DNA of 41,432 nt from Acidimicrobiia bacterium (GCA_052032125.1 JBPEXB010000573.1:1-41432), one strand, 5' to 3'; positions 8,024-17,524 are shown, counted from the first letter of the stretch. Numbers and translations are program-made. The notes: generated from the sequence alone by a model not told the origin.

Positions 8024-9133
8024 ATGGCAGAGCTCCCCGCCGGCGCGGACATCGCAGTGGTCGGTGCCGGGGTCATGGGGACGTCGGCCGCCTATCACCT
8101 GGCCGATCTCGGCGCCGATGTCGTGCTGATCGAGAAGGAGACGATCGCCGCCGGCTCGACCAGCAAGGCCGCCGGCGGGTTCCGCGCCCAGTTCGCCGAC
8201 GAGCTCAACGTGCGCATGGCGATCGAGAACATCGCCCGGCTGACGAGGTTCGAGGACGAGTTCGGGATCGACATCGACTTCAAGCAGTGGGGCTACCTCT
8301 TCCTGCTGCTCGACGACGAAGTGGCGATGTTCGAACAGGCCGTGGACCTCCAGCGCCGCCACGGCGTCCCGACCGAGGTCCTCGATCCGGAGGAGATCGA
8401 AGGTCTGGTGCCGGGGTTGCACCTCGACGACGTGGCGGCCGCCACTTACTGCCCGACCGACGGCTATTGCACGCCCGAAGCGGTGGCGCAGGGCTACGCC
8501 AGGGCGGCGAGCGAACGGGGCGGTCGCGTCGTCCAGGGGTGCACGGTGCGCACGATCGACGCCGAGGACGGAGCCGTGCAATCGGTGACCACCGACCGGG
8601 GCGTCGTCTCGGTCCGCCAGGTGGTCCTGACCGCCGGGGTGTGGAGCGCCGAGCTCGCACGTCCCCTGGGCCTCGAGCTCCCCGTGAAGGCCGAGAAGCG
8701 CCACGTGTGGCTCACCGAGGGCCCCGACGGCTTCCCGTACGAGCTGCCCAACGTCATCGACTTCGCCACCGGCTTCTACTTCCACCGCGAGGGAGATGGC
8801 CTGCTGTTCGGCGGCCGCCAGGACACGCTCGACGGCATGGCCACCGTGGTCGGGCACCGGGCACCCTCGATGCTCGAGCTGGAGATCCGGCCGGGCTGGT
8901 GGGGCTACTACGAGGTCAGCCCCGATCACAACGCCATGGTCGGGACGGCGGAGGAGGTGGCGGGGCTGCACTACGCGACCGGCTTCAGCGGCCACGGGTT
9001 CCAGCAGGGCCCGGTCGTCGGCGAGCATCTGGCGCAGCTGGCCCTCGACCTGCCGACCACCTTCGACCTGACCCCGCTCGCCGCGAGCCGCTTCGCAGGC
9101 GGCCGGGTGGTGCCCGAGGGGTTCTTCATCTGA
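8024..9133 (+). CDS. FAD-dependent oxidoreductase (DAO / sarcosine-oxidase-beta-like)
   Basis: 369 aa. N-terminal 'DIAVVGAGVMGTSAAYHLA...VLIEK' FAD fold. C-terminal 'ATGFSGHGFQQGP' is typical of the DAO family. Confidence 0.8.
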   Translation: MAELPAGADIAVVGAGVMGTSAAYHLADLGADVVLIEKETIAAGSTSKAAGGFRAQFADELNVRMAIENIARLTRFEDEFGIDIDFKQWGYLFLLLDDEVAMFEQAVDLQRRHGVPTEVLDPEEIEGLVPGLHLDDVAAATYCPTDGYCTPEAVAQGYARAASERGGRVVQGCTVRTIDAEDGAVQSVTTDRGVVSVRQVVLTAGVWSAELARPLGLELPVKAEKRHVWLTEGPDGFPYELPNVIDFATGFYFHREGDGLLFGGRQDTLDGMATVVGHRAPSMLELEIRPGWWGYYEVSPDHNAMVGTAEEVAGLHYATGFSGHGFQQGPVVGEHLAQLALDLPTTFDLTPLAASRFAGGRVVPEGFFI

Positions 9134-10383
9134 TGCCGCTCGACCTGACCGCCGGCGACCGGGATCTGCTCGCCGGCGAGGAGGGAGCAGCCGCCGCCAT
9201 GGCGATGCGCATCGTCACTGCGCTGGCCACGGCCAACGGGGCCAGCCGGCTCATCGACATCTCCAGCGCCCACATCGACGGCACGCTCTACGTCGGACGC
9301 GCGTCGCTCGACTACGCGGCGCGCCTCCGTGACCTGGGCGGCCGGGTCCGCGTCCGCACCACCCTCAACGTCTCGTCGCTCGACCTGCTCCACCCGGAGT
9401 TGTTTCGGGGAGATGACACCATCCGCCGCCATGCCCGTCAGACCATGCAGGCGTACGAGGACATGGGTTGCCTGCCGACCTGGACGTGCGCGCCGTATCA
9501 GCTGCCCGAGCGACCGGGCTTCGGCGAACGGATCGCCTGGGCGGAGTCCAACGCCATCGTGTTCGCCAACAGCGTCCTCGGGGCGCGCACCGAACGGTTC
9601 GGCGACTTCATCGACATCGCCGTCGCCATCACGGGGAGGGCCCCGGAGTACGGCATGTACCTCGACGAGCACCGCCGGGCCTCCGTCCACTACGACGTGG
9701 GGAGCATCTCGCCGACCCTGCGCCGCTCCGATCATTTCTTCGCCGTGCTGGGGATCGCCATCGGCCGGGATGTGGGTCGCGAGATTCCCGTCATCACCGG
9801 GATCGACGAGGCCACCGAGGACCAACTGAAGCTCCTCGGAGCGGGAGCCGCGACCACCGGCACGGTGCCGTTGTTCCATGTGGTCGGCGTGACACCGGAG
9901 GCCCCGACGATGGTCGCTGCCACCGGGGGCGCGCGAACCCGCGACGTGCACGTGACGTCGGAGACGCTGGCTGCGGCACGCGACAGCCTGTCGACGGCCG
10001 ACCCGGACGAGACCCTGACGACCGTCAACCTCGGCACACCCCACTACTCGGTCGCCCAGATCGCCCGGCTCGCCGATCTGCTCGGCGGGCGGACGGTGCA
10101 CGAACGGATCACCCTCTACGTCAACACGGCCCGGGACACCCTCGCCGCGGCGCCGGACGTCGCCGCCCTGGAACGCTGCGGCGTCCAGTTCGTGACCGAC
10201 ACGTGCACGTACCTCACGCCGATCATCGAGACCGGCGCCGGGGTGGCGATGAGCGACTCGGCGAAATGGGCCTACTACGCCCCCGGCAACATCGGCGTCA
10301 CCGCGCTGTTCGGCACGACGGCCGATTGCGTCGAGTCGGCGGTGGCGGGGCGTGTCGTTCGCGACGAATCGAGCTGGCAGTGA
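9133..10383 (+). CDS. aconitase X catalytic (large) subunit, DUF521 family
   Basis: 416 aa, beginning 'MPLDLTAGDRDLLAGEEGAAAAMAM...SAHIDG...'. The ATG overlaps the upstream stop (TGATG). Confidence 0.75.
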   Translation: MPLDLTAGDRDLLAGEEGAAAAMAMRIVTALATANGASRLIDISSAHIDGTLYVGRASLDYAARLRDLGGRVRVRTTLNVSSLDLLHPELFRGDDTIRRHARQTMQAYEDMGCLPTWTCAPYQLPERPGFGERIAWAESNAIVFANSVLGARTERFGDFIDIAVAITGRAPEYGMYLDEHRRASVHYDVGSISPTLRRSDHFFAVLGIAIGRDVGREIPVITGIDEATEDQLKLLGAGAATTGTVPLFHVVGVTPEAPTMVAATGGARTRDVHVTSETLAAARDSLSTADPDETLTTVNLGTPHYSVAQIARLADLLGGRTVHERITLYVNTARDTLAAAPDVAALERCGVQFVTDTCTYLTPIIETGAGVAMSDSAKWAYYAPGNIGVTALFGTTADCVESAVAGRVVRDESSWQ

Positions 10384-10790
10384 GGGTGGCCGGAGTCCCC
10401 CACGTGCCCGGGGCCGCCATCGGCCCGGCGTTGGTGCTCGAGGAGCCGCTGAGCTTCTGGGGAGGCATCGACCCGGCCACCGGCGAAGTGATCGACCGGC
10501 ACCACCCGCAATGCGGCCGCTCCATCACCGGCTCGATCCTGGTCATCCCCCACGGTCGGGGCTCGTCAGGGGGCTCGGCGGTGCTCACCGAGTGCCTGCG
10601 GGCCGGGACGGCGCCCGCCGGCATCGTGATGGGACAACTCGACGCGATCCTGCACGTCGGTGTGGTGGTGGCCGCCGAGCTGTACCCGGACCGTTCCTGC
10701 CCGCTGGTGGTGATCGGTGACGATCATCGGCGGCTGGTCGACGGTGTACCCACGACGATCGAGCCGGACGGGAGCGTCCTTCAGTCCTGA
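10380..10790 (+). CDS. aconitase X swivel (small) subunit, DUF126 family
   Basis: 136 aa with 'PLSFWGGIDPATGEVID..HP..G.SI.G.ILVIPHGRGSSGGS'. The GTG start overlaps the large-subunit stop (GTGA). Confidence 0.7.
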   Translation: MRVAGVPHVPGAAIGPALVLEEPLSFWGGIDPATGEVIDRHHPQCGRSITGSILVIPHGRGSSGGSAVLTECLRAGTAPAGIVMGQLDAILHVGVVVAAELYPDRSCPLVVIGDDHRRLVDGVPTTIEPDGSVLQS

Positions 10791-11392
10791 AGCCCGAGCA
10801 CCGACCACAGCTCGGCCAGCGCGGCGTCCGGATCGGACACCTTGATCGTGGTCATGCCCATCGCTCTGGCAGGTTTGAGGTTGGCCCCGATGTCGTCCAG
10901 GAACACCGCCCGGTCGGGAGCGACGCCGAGCCGCTCGAGCACGATCGTGTAGATGGCCGGGTCCGGCTTGCGCACACCTTCGACCGAGGACTCGACGACC
11001 ACGTCGAACAACCCGGTGAGCGCCTCGTCGGAGAGGGGGACCCAGTTGTTGGTCAGCGCCGCCACTGCCATCCCCGCGCCCGCCACCCTCCGGACCGCAT
11101 GCACCATCGCCGGTCGCGGCACCGCCCGCCGATCGATCTCGTCCATCAGCGCGGCGACGTCCACGACGGCGCCGCGGGCTGCGCACTCGGCGGCGAACTC
11201 CGCACAGAAGGAGGCGAGGTCGAGCTCACCGCGCTCGCGCCTCGCCCATGCACCCTGGGCGCCCGAGGCGACGACGGTGCGATTGATCGTGCCGGGCGCA
11301 AGGCCGTGGTGCTGTTCGTACTCGGCGATCACGTGCAGGGGCGACTCGCAGACGACGCCGCCGAGGTCGAAGATCACCGCTGCGAACGTCAC
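10781..11392 (-). CDS. HAD-superfamily hydrolase (subfamily IA)
   Basis: 203 aa. Motif I 'VIFDLGGVV', plus 'LTNN' and 'FLDDIGANL'. The GTG start overlaps the upstream stop (GTGA). Confidence 0.8.
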   Translation of the reverse strand: MTFAAVIFDLGGVVCESPLHVIAEYEQHHGLAPGTINRTVVASGAQGAWARRERGELDLASFCAEFAAECAARGAVVDVAALMDEIDRRAVPRPAMVHAVRRVAGAGMAVAALTNNWVPLSDEALTGLFDVVVESSVEGVRKPDPAIYTIVLERLGVAPDRAVFLDDIGANLKPARAMGMTTIKVSDPDAALAELWSVLGLQD

Positions 11393-12003
11393 TGGCCACC
11401 CAGCTGGACGGCGAGCAACTCGTTGGCGTCCTCGATCACTTCGACCGCCGCCGCCAGCCGCTCTCCGACATCGTCCATCTCCAGCAGACGCTGACGGTCG
11501 AGAGCCTCGATCGGTAGCACGGCGATGGCCATGAAGGCGGCCGCCGACGCATCGTCCGGCAGCTCGGGGGCGGTCCCGACGTCCACGCCCATCTCCGCCA
11601 GGAGCCCCAGGCCCCTGGCGAAGCCTCGGTCGAGTCGTTGCCGGAGGTCATCGTCCGATACCGCCCCTCGATCCTCCAGGCGGACCACCATCGCCCTCGG
11701 GTAGGGATCGTCCTCCAGCCACTCCTCGACCCGCAGCCGTCCTGTGCCACGTCCGACCACCATGCGGGTCCCGTCCTCGCGCTCCTGCAGACCCAGGATG
11801 CTCACCACCGTCCCCACGTCGTATCGCTGCTCGCCGCCTCCCACCTCTGAGCCCCGGCTGATCAGCACCACGCCGAACTCGCGATCGGCGTCGAGGCAAT
11901 CGTCCAGCATCTGCTGATAACGATCCTCGAAGATGCGCAGCGGCAGGATGGCGCCGGGGATCAGCCCGGCGTTGAGCGGGAACATCGGGAGTAGCTCAGC
12001 CAT
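11389..12003 (-). CDS. Lon N-terminal (LON substrate-binding / PUA-like) domain-only protein
   Basis: 204 aa, 'LPMFPLNAGLIPGAILPLRIFEDRYQQML...FGVVL', matching the start of Lon N-domains. No AAA+ or protease part. Confidence 0.7.
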   Translation of the reverse strand: MAELLPMFPLNAGLIPGAILPLRIFEDRYQQMLDDCLDADREFGVVLISRGSEVGGGEQRYDVGTVVSILGLQEREDGTRMVVGRGTGRLRVEEWLEDDPYPRAMVVRLEDRGAVSDDDLRQRLDRGFARGLGLLAEMGVDVGTAPELPDDASAAAFMAIAVLPIEALDRQRLLEMDDVGERLAAAVEVIEDANELLAVQLGGQ

Positions 12004-12457
12004 CGGGCTCTCCCGACGGTCGGTGACGGATGCGGAAGCGGAGGCGCGAGACCTCCTCGTCGTCCACGAGGATCCTGAACGCGTATCCGCCTTCCTTCGG
12101 GAAGGCCAGGTTGTTGAACGTGAAGGCGCGCACGATGCCCATGTCACTCCCGGCCGGCATCGAGGAGGGCCGGTTGATCTTGATCGTCTGGGCGAGGGTG
12201 CGGCCCCGGAACAGGCTCGTCCCGTCCTCGTCGACCAGGTCGACGGAGAGCCGGAACTCCTCGATGTTCGACCACGGCACGCGGATGCGGATGCCGATGC
12301 CCATCGTGGGGTGCCGGGCCGGGAATCCCCTGACGTAGAGCGTGTCCCAACCGCCGCCGATGACGTACAGCTTCCCGCCAACCGCCTGCACCGCATCGGC
12401 GACGAAGGCGAACTCCACCGAGGGGGCCGGGTTGAGGTCGGGGTCGAGGGACTCCAT
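11996..12457 (-). CDS. hypothetical beta-rich protein, unknown function
   Basis: 153-aa ORF with strong G/C third-position bias. The stop overlaps the Lon-N gene start by 8 nt. Starts 22 nt downstream of xylB. Confidence 0.55.
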   Translation of the reverse strand: MESLDPDLNPAPSVEFAFVADAVQAVGGKLYVIGGGWDTLYVRGFPARHPTMGIGIRIRVPWSNIEEFRLSVDLVDEDGTSLFRGRTLAQTIKINRPSSMPAGSDMGIVRAFTFNNLAFPKEGGYAFRILVDDEEVSRLRFRIRHRPSGEPDG

Positions 12458-12479
12458 GACCTGCGACTCTACGGCCTGC

Positions 12480-13973
12480 TCACGCCTCCGCTCCCCCGGC
12501 GGCGGCGAACGACGAGGCCAGCGCCGGGTACAGCTCGCGGTAGCGCCCGTGAGCGGCTTCGACGTCCCACGACCCCGACGGCGTCTCGGCGGGACGGGGC
12601 TCGACCCATGCTGCGACTTGCTGCTCGACCGAAGGCGCCCAGCCCGCTCCCACCGCGGCGAGAATGGCGGCGCCGTAGGCGGCGCCCTCGCCGGCGTCGA
12701 CGGTCATGAGCGGCTCCTCGAGGATGTCGGCGACGATCTGGCGCCACACGGCCGAGCGAGCTCCACCCCCGGTCACGTGCACCGCCTCGACGGCGGGAGC
12801 GGCCGACTTCACCAGGTGCAGCGCATCGCGCAGGCCGAACGCCACTCCTTCGAGCACCGCCCGCGCCAGATGTGCGAGCTCGTGGCGGACCGTCAGGCCG
12901 ACGAAGGCGCCTCGTGCGAGCGGGTCGGGGTGTGGCGTGCGCTCGCCGGTGAGGTAGGGCAGGAACAGAAGGCCATCGGCGCCCGGTGGCGCCGCGGCCG
13001 CCCTGGCGGTGACTTCGTCGAACGAGGCATCCGGCATGAAGGTGTCGCGAAACCACCGCAGGCTCCCGGCTGCCGAGAGCATCACGCCCATGAGGTGCCA
13101 GCGGCCGGGGACCGCATGACAGAACGCGTGCAGCCGGCCGTTCGGCTCGACGGCCTTGGCGTCGGTCGGCGCGAACACGACGCCCGAGGTGCCGAGCGAC
13201 AGGCTCAGCGTGCCGGAGGCGACCGCACCCACCCCCACCGCGGCCGCCGCCTGATCGCCGCCACCGGCGACCACCGGCGTGCCCTCGCGCAGCCCGGTGG
13301 CCTCGGCGGCCGCCGCGCTCACCGCCCCCGTGACCGCCGGTCCCTCGTGCACGGGCGGAAACCACTCGGCCGGGAGGTCGAGCAGGTCGAGGATCTCGGG
13401 GGACCACGTCCTGGCGCCGAGGTCGAACAGCACCGTGCCGGAGCCTCCAGCGGCGTCGGTGGCGTGCTCACCGGTGAGGGCCAGCCGGACATGGTCCTTC
13501 GGCAGCAGCACCGCAGCCGCCCGCCGGTAGTGCTCGGGCTCGTGATTCCGCACCCACAGCAACTTCGGGGCGGTGAAGCCGGTCAGAGCGTCGTTGCCGG
13601 TGACCTCGATGAGACGGTCGCGCCCCACCCGGTCCCGAATCTCGTCGCACTCGGCTCCGGTGCGCTGGTCGTTCCAGAGGATGGCCGGGCGCACGACGCG
13701 ATCACGCTCGTCGAGCAACACCAACCCGTGCATCTGGCCCGTGAGCCCGACGGCCTCGACCTGGCCTCCGTCGACCCCGGCCGCTCGCAGGGCCTGCGCC
13801 ACCGCGTGCTCCGTGGCGGCGACCCAGCTCGCCGGATCCTGCTCGCTCCAGAGAGGACGCGGCGTGTCGTAGCCGTATTCGGCCGCGCCGGTCGCCACCA
13901 CCGTCCCCTCAGCGTCGACCAGGATCGCCTTGGTGGCCGTGGTCGACGTGTCGATGCCGAGGACCAGGCTCAC
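12480..13973 (-). CDS. xylB: xylulokinase
   Basis: 497 aa. FGGY kinase motifs: 'LGIDTSTTATKA', 'GQMHGLV', 'GGGDQAAAAVG', 'TGGGARS'. The GTG start at 13973 overlaps the upstream stop. The longer 716-aa ORF-track version is a non-conserved Arg/Gly-rich extension. Confidence 0.9.
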   Translation of the reverse strand: MSLVLGIDTSTTATKAILVDAEGTVVATGAAEYGYDTPRPLWSEQDPASWVAATEHAVAQALRAAGVDGGQVEAVGLTGQMHGLVLLDERDRVVRPAILWNDQRTGAECDEIRDRVGRDRLIEVTGNDALTGFTAPKLLWVRNHEPEHYRRAAAVLLPKDHVRLALTGEHATDAAGGSGTVLFDLGARTWSPEILDLLDLPAEWFPPVHEGPAVTGAVSAAAAEATGLREGTPVVAGGGDQAAAAVGVGAVASGTLSLSLGTSGVVFAPTDAKAVEPNGRLHAFCHAVPGRWHLMGVMLSAAGSLRWFRDTFMPDASFDEVTARAAAAPPGADGLLFLPYLTGERTPHPDPLARGAFVGLTVRHELAHLARAVLEGVAFGLRDALHLVKSAAPAVEAVHVTGGGARSAVWRQIVADILEEPLMTVDAGEGAAYGAAILAAVGAGWAPSVEQQVAAWVEPRPAETPSGSWDVEAAHGRYRELYPALASSFAAAGGAEA

Positions 13974-14797
13974 GGCGGCCACCCGAGGTCGGTGAGACGC
14001 CCCGCCAGCTCGTCCACCGAGCCGTCGAGGCGGAACACTCGCCACACCTCGCGATGCTCGGCCGACGCCCCGGCGCCGAGGTCGACCAGGGGGCCGAGCG
14101 TCTCGAGCTCGACGAATGCATGATTGGCATAGATCTGGGCGGTGGCGCCCCGATCGACGTGCCGGCCTTCGCTCGGCGCGGCGGCCTTGGTGAACACCCA
14201 GCCGTCCACGGCGTAGGCCAGCGCCCGCCCCTCGGCCGGCGTGCCGATCTTGATCGGGCTGGAGCGGCTGCCCGAGAGACGAGCCGTGTTCCCACCGAGC
14301 CGCAGGCCGGGATCGTCGAGCTGCGTGTAGGGCCAGGTGACCAGGACGTTCTCGGCCTGGTACCCGTTGCCAGGTGCGCCGACCGCCATCACCGCCTCGC
14401 CCCCGGGAACCAGCTGGGTGATCGCCCAGGGCGCCACGGTCATCGAGCCGTCCGATCGGTTCGTCACCGTGTGCGTCACCACCAGGGCGTCGCCGACCTC
14501 CTCGACGGCGATCGCTTTGGCGACGGGTCCGCCCTCCGGCCCGCGGACGACCAGCGGCGGGCCTTCCTCGATGATCGCCGGACCGGACTCCGGCCAATAG
14601 GTCAGGTCGGGCTCTTCGGGGCCGACCCACAGGCGATGCCCGCCGCCCAGCAGGTAGGGCTCGCGGGGGTGGGGCAGGGTCATGTCCCCGAGCTCGGCGA
14701 AGAGCTGCGGCCCGCCGTCGGATCGAAGACCCAGCACCCGCGGCCCGTACCCCTCCGCCAGGCGGAGCTCGAACCGTCCGAGGGTGACGTCGGTCAC
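13970..14797 (-). CDS. aldose-1-epimerase-fold-like protein (possible xylose mutarotase)
   Basis: 275 aa, translationally coupled on both sides inside xylA-xylB (GTGA overlaps). The beta-rich sequence has '[11 protein letters not shown]' and 'APWAITQ' patterns reminiscent of the mutarotase-like superfamily. The family call is tentative. Confidence 0.5.
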   Translation of the reverse strand: MTDVTLGRFELRLAEGYGPRVLGLRSDGGPQLFAELGDMTLPHPREPYLLGGGHRLWVGPEEPDLTYWPESGPAIIEEGPPLVVRGPEGGPVAKAIAVEEVGDALVVTHTVTNRSDGSMTVAPWAITQLVPGGEAVMAVGAPGNGYQAENVLVTWPYTQLDDPGLRLGGNTARLSGSRSSPIKIGTPAEGRALAYAVDGWVFTKAAAPSEGRHVDRGATAQIYANHAFVELETLGPLVDLGAGASAEHREVWRVFRLDGSVDELAGRLTDLGWPP

Positions 14798-15954
14798 CGG
14801 ACGCCGAGGAGCAGGTCGATCAGCAGCTGGTCGAGGCGCTCGTACGGCATGCCTCGCCGACCGAGCGCCATCCGGTCGAACTCGACGTCCTTGAGGGCCG
14901 ATGCCGCCGCGGGCGAGTACGGCCCCAGATGCTGGTCCATCGCCCCGTCGTCGGCGTGGATCTCTTCGAGCAGCGCTGCGACCTCGGGATCGGCGTTCCA
15001 GCGGGCCGCCTTCTCCCTCAGGATCAGATAGGTGCGCATGCACCCGCGAGCGAAGTCCTTCACGTCTTCGTAGTTCGACGTCCGGTAGGCGTGGGCGTCG
15101 AAGTGCCGTGAGCCGTCGTAGCCCTCGTCTTCGAGCAGCTTCACGAGGAAGAACGCCGCCTTGATGTTGACCGAGCCGAAGCGGAGATCCTGGTCGTAAC
15201 GTCCAGGCGTCTGGTCATTCAGATCGATGTGGAAGAGCTTGCCCATGTCGAGCGCCTGCGCCACGTGGTGCATGAAGTTCAGGCCGGCCATGTGCTCGTG
15301 GGCCACCTCGGGGTTCACCCCGACCATGTCGGGATCGTCCAGCGTCTCGATGAACGCGAGCATCGCCCCGGTCGTGGCCAGGTAGATGTCGGCGCGCGGC
15401 TCGTTGGGCTTCGACTCGAGGGCGAATCGGAGGTCGTATCCCTGGTCCTTCACGTAGGCAGTGAGGTAGTTGAGCGCCTCCCGGAAGCGGCGGCCTGCCT
15501 CCATTGCGTCCTTCGACACGTCCGTGTCCACGCCCTCGCGTCCGCCCCAGAACACGTACGTCGTGGCGCCGCACTCGACCCCCAGGTCGATGGCGCGCAT
15601 GGTCTTCTGGAGCGCGTAGGCGCGCACCTGGGGATCGTTGGCCGTGAAGGCGCCGTCCCGGAACACCGGGTCCTTGAACAGGTTGGTGGTCGCCATGGGG
15701 ACCACGAGGCCGGTGCGCTCGAGCGCCGCCCTGAACTCCTTGACGATCTGCTCACGCTCGGCCCAGGTGGCATCGATGGGCACGAGGTCGTTGTCGTGGA
15801 AGTTGACGCCGTAGGCGCCGACCTCGGCCAGCAACTCGACCAGCTCCACCGGCGTCTTCGCTTCGCGGGTTGGCTCGCCGAATGGATCGTGTCCCGGGTG
15901 CCCGACGGTCCAGAGGCCGAACGTGAACTTGTCCGCAGCGGTCGGCTCGTACAT
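14794..15954 (-). CDS. xylA: xylose isomerase (class I, actinobacterial type)
   Basis: 386 aa with 'FTFGLWTVG', 'FHDNDL', 'WGGREG', 'ESKPNEPR', '[11 protein letters not shown]' and 'HIDLNDQ'. ATG at 15954. Confidence 0.95.
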   Translation of the reverse strand: MYEPTAADKFTFGLWTVGHPGHDPFGEPTREAKTPVELVELLAEVGAYGVNFHDNDLVPIDATWAEREQIVKEFRAALERTGLVVPMATTNLFKDPVFRDGAFTANDPQVRAYALQKTMRAIDLGVECGATTYVFWGGREGVDTDVSKDAMEAGRRFREALNYLTAYVKDQGYDLRFALESKPNEPRADIYLATTGAMLAFIETLDDPDMVGVNPEVAHEHMAGLNFMHHVAQALDMGKLFHIDLNDQTPGRYDQDLRFGSVNIKAAFFLVKLLEDEGYDGSRHFDAHAYRTSNYEDVKDFARGCMRTYLILREKAARWNADPEVAALLEEIHADDGAMDQHLGPYSPAAASALKDVEFDRMALGRRGMPYERLDQLLIDLLLGVR

Positions 15955-16038
15955 CGGCGCTCCTCGTGTCGGTGCCTCGATGCTAGTTCCAGCCCGCCCG
16001 GCGGGGCCGGGGACGCCGTCGTAGCGGGCCGAGCCCTG

Positions 16039-16050
16039 TGGAACGCTCCA
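16039..16050. promoter_or_regulatory. LacI-type operator candidate TGGAACGCTCCA
   Basis: 11/12 match to the recurring palindrome. Lies 85 bp upstream of the xylA ATG in the xylA / binding-protein divergent region. Confidence 0.5.
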
Positions 16051-16104
16051 ACCCTTGCCGCACGGGACTAGTTGCAGCGCCCGTTTCTCATCGGGTAACT
16101 TCGT

Positions 16105-16116
16105 TAGAACGTTCCA
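16105..16116. promoter_or_regulatory. LacI-type operator candidate TAGAACGTTCCA
   Basis: 11/12 match, in the same divergent region. An additional half-site, TGGAACGTCGAG, lies at 16137-16148. Confidence 0.5.
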
Positions 16117-16393
16117 AACGACGAGCAGACCGCTCGTGGAACGTCGAGGCGGGAACTCTCTGAATGGTGTCGATCCAGACAGACGGCGGGCAGGCTGGAG
16201 GACGTGCTGCGCACGCTCCCCTTGGCGTGCCCGACGGTTCCCGGTCCCGGATCTCTGCATCTCCAGGCCCCGTGGTGCGCTTCGCGTTCGCCCGAACCGA
16301 CTCGCCCACCCGGGACGGAATCGAATACGCTTCGGCCCCGATTCCGCGCCTGGCGCAAGGGATCGAACGATCAACCCTTGAGGAGGGCTGAGA

Positions 16394-17404
16394 ATGAAGA
16401 GAATGCGTTGGTTGACCCTGCTGGCCGTCTTCGCGCTCGTCGTAGCCGCGTGTGGCGGTGACGACGGCTCGGTCGACGACACCAGCACGACCGCCGCCGA
16501 CACGTCCGCCACCACGGACGCCGTCGACCCGGTCCAGAGCAGCGACCTGACCTTCCACATGGTCACCCACTCGGATGACGGTGTGTTCTGGTCGGTCGTG
16601 AAGAAGGGCATGGAGGACGCGTGTGCCGCGCTCGGCGTGGAGTGCGTCTGGAGCCCATCGGTCAACGATCCCGAGAAGCAGGTCCAGGACATGCAGGCCG
16701 CCGTGGCCGCCGGCTCCAACGGCATCGGCGTGTCGCTGGCCAACCCCGAGGCCCTCGGGCCGGAGGTCGAGGCTGCGGTTGCCGCCGGCATCCCGGTCGT
16801 GACCCTCAACTCGGGCGTGGACCAGTACGGCGACCTCGGTGCCATCACCCACGTCGGCCAGAGCGAGATCAACGCCGGCCAGGGTGCGGGCAACTTCTTC
16901 AACGACCTCGGCGCCACCAAGGTGCTGTGTGCCCAGCAGGAGCAGGGCAACGTGGGTCTCGAAGAGCGTTGTGAGGGTCTGAGCCAGACGTTCAGCGGCG
17001 ATGTCGACACCCAGTTCGTGGGTGGCGACGCCGAGCGTGAGACGCAGATCAACAACATCGCGGCGGCGCTCCAGGCCGACCCGGACATCAACGCCGTCTT
17101 CGGCGTCGGTCCGAACGTGGCGGTCAGCGCCGTGGCAGCCTGCGAGCAGGCGGGGCGTGACTGCTTCGTCGGCGGTGTGGACATCTCCGAGGACGTCATC
17201 TCGGCCATCGAGGCAGGCGACATCAACTTCACGATCGATCAGCAGCAGTACCTGCAGGGGTACCTGACCATCGTGATCCTGTACCTGAACGTCACCAACC
17301 TGAACACGGTCGGTGGTGGCCTGCCGGTCAACACCGGTCCTGGCTTCGTCACGACCGACAACGTCGGTGAGGTCGCCGAGCTGGTGTCGCAGGGCACTCG
17401 CTAG
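16394..17404 (+). CDS. sugar ABC transporter substrate-binding lipoprotein (CUT2 / periplasmic-binding-protein type I)
   Basis: 336 aa. Signal peptide plus lipobox '[10 protein letters not shown]'. RBS GAGGAGGG upstream. Sugar-binding-protein-like body. Confidence 0.9.
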   Translation: MKRMRWLTLLAVFALVVAACGGDDGSVDDTSTTAADTSATTDAVDPVQSSDLTFHMVTHSDDGVFWSVVKKGMEDACAALGVECVWSPSVNDPEKQVQDMQAAVAAGSNGIGVSLANPEALGPEVEAAVAAGIPVVTLNSGVDQYGDLGAITHVGQSEINAGQGAGNFFNDLGATKVLCAQQEQGNVGLEERCEGLSQTFSGDVDTQFVGGDAERETQINNIAAALQADPDINAVFGVGPNVAVSAVAACEQAGRDCFVGGVDISEDVISAIEAGDINFTIDQQQYLQGYLTIVILYLNVTNLNTVGGGLPVNTGPGFVTTDNVGEVAELVSQGTR

Positions 17405-17428
17405 GCACAGCCAGACAGATACGACTCG

Positions 17429-17457
17429 AGAGGGCCGGCGCCATGCGCCGGCCCTCT
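17429..17457 (+). terminator. strong GC hairpin (attenuator or terminator) after the binding-protein gene
   Basis: AGAGGGCCGGCGC-CAT-GCGCCGGCCCTCT is a 13-bp perfect stem with a 3-nt loop, followed by TCGTTGT. Begins 25 nt after the stop codon. Confidence 0.6.
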
Positions 17458-17466
17458 TCGTTGTGG

Positions 17467-17522
17467 GTACCGGTACCCGGTACCCCGTACTCAGTACTCA
17501 GTACTCAGTACCCAGTACTCAA
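17467..17522. repeat. GTAC heptad array (8 x GTAC, mostly GTACTCA)
   Basis: GTAC starts at 17467, 17473, 17480, 17487, 17494, 17501, 17508 and 17515. The first spacing is 6 bp and the rest are 7 bp. Confidence 0.85.
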
Positions 17523-17524
17523 GA

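Noticed and set aside
7957-9132. N-terminal 390-aa extension that would make the AcnX large subunit 808 aa
   Set aside because: The extension is Arg/Gly/Pro-rich and overlaps the well-supported FAD oxidoreductase in another frame. The conserved DUF521 sequence begins at the ATG at 9133, which overlaps the upstream stop.
15955-17232. Upstream extension of the xylA ORF to 812 aa
   Set aside because: It runs through the 439-bp divergent regulatory region and lies antisense to the binding-protein gene. The XylA homology starts at '[15 protein letters not shown]' (ATG at 15954).
17467-17522. CRISPR-like array
   Set aside because: The units are only 7 bp and directly tandem, with no spacers, and there are no cas genes in the window. 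It is a microsatellite-type repeat, not a CRISPR array.
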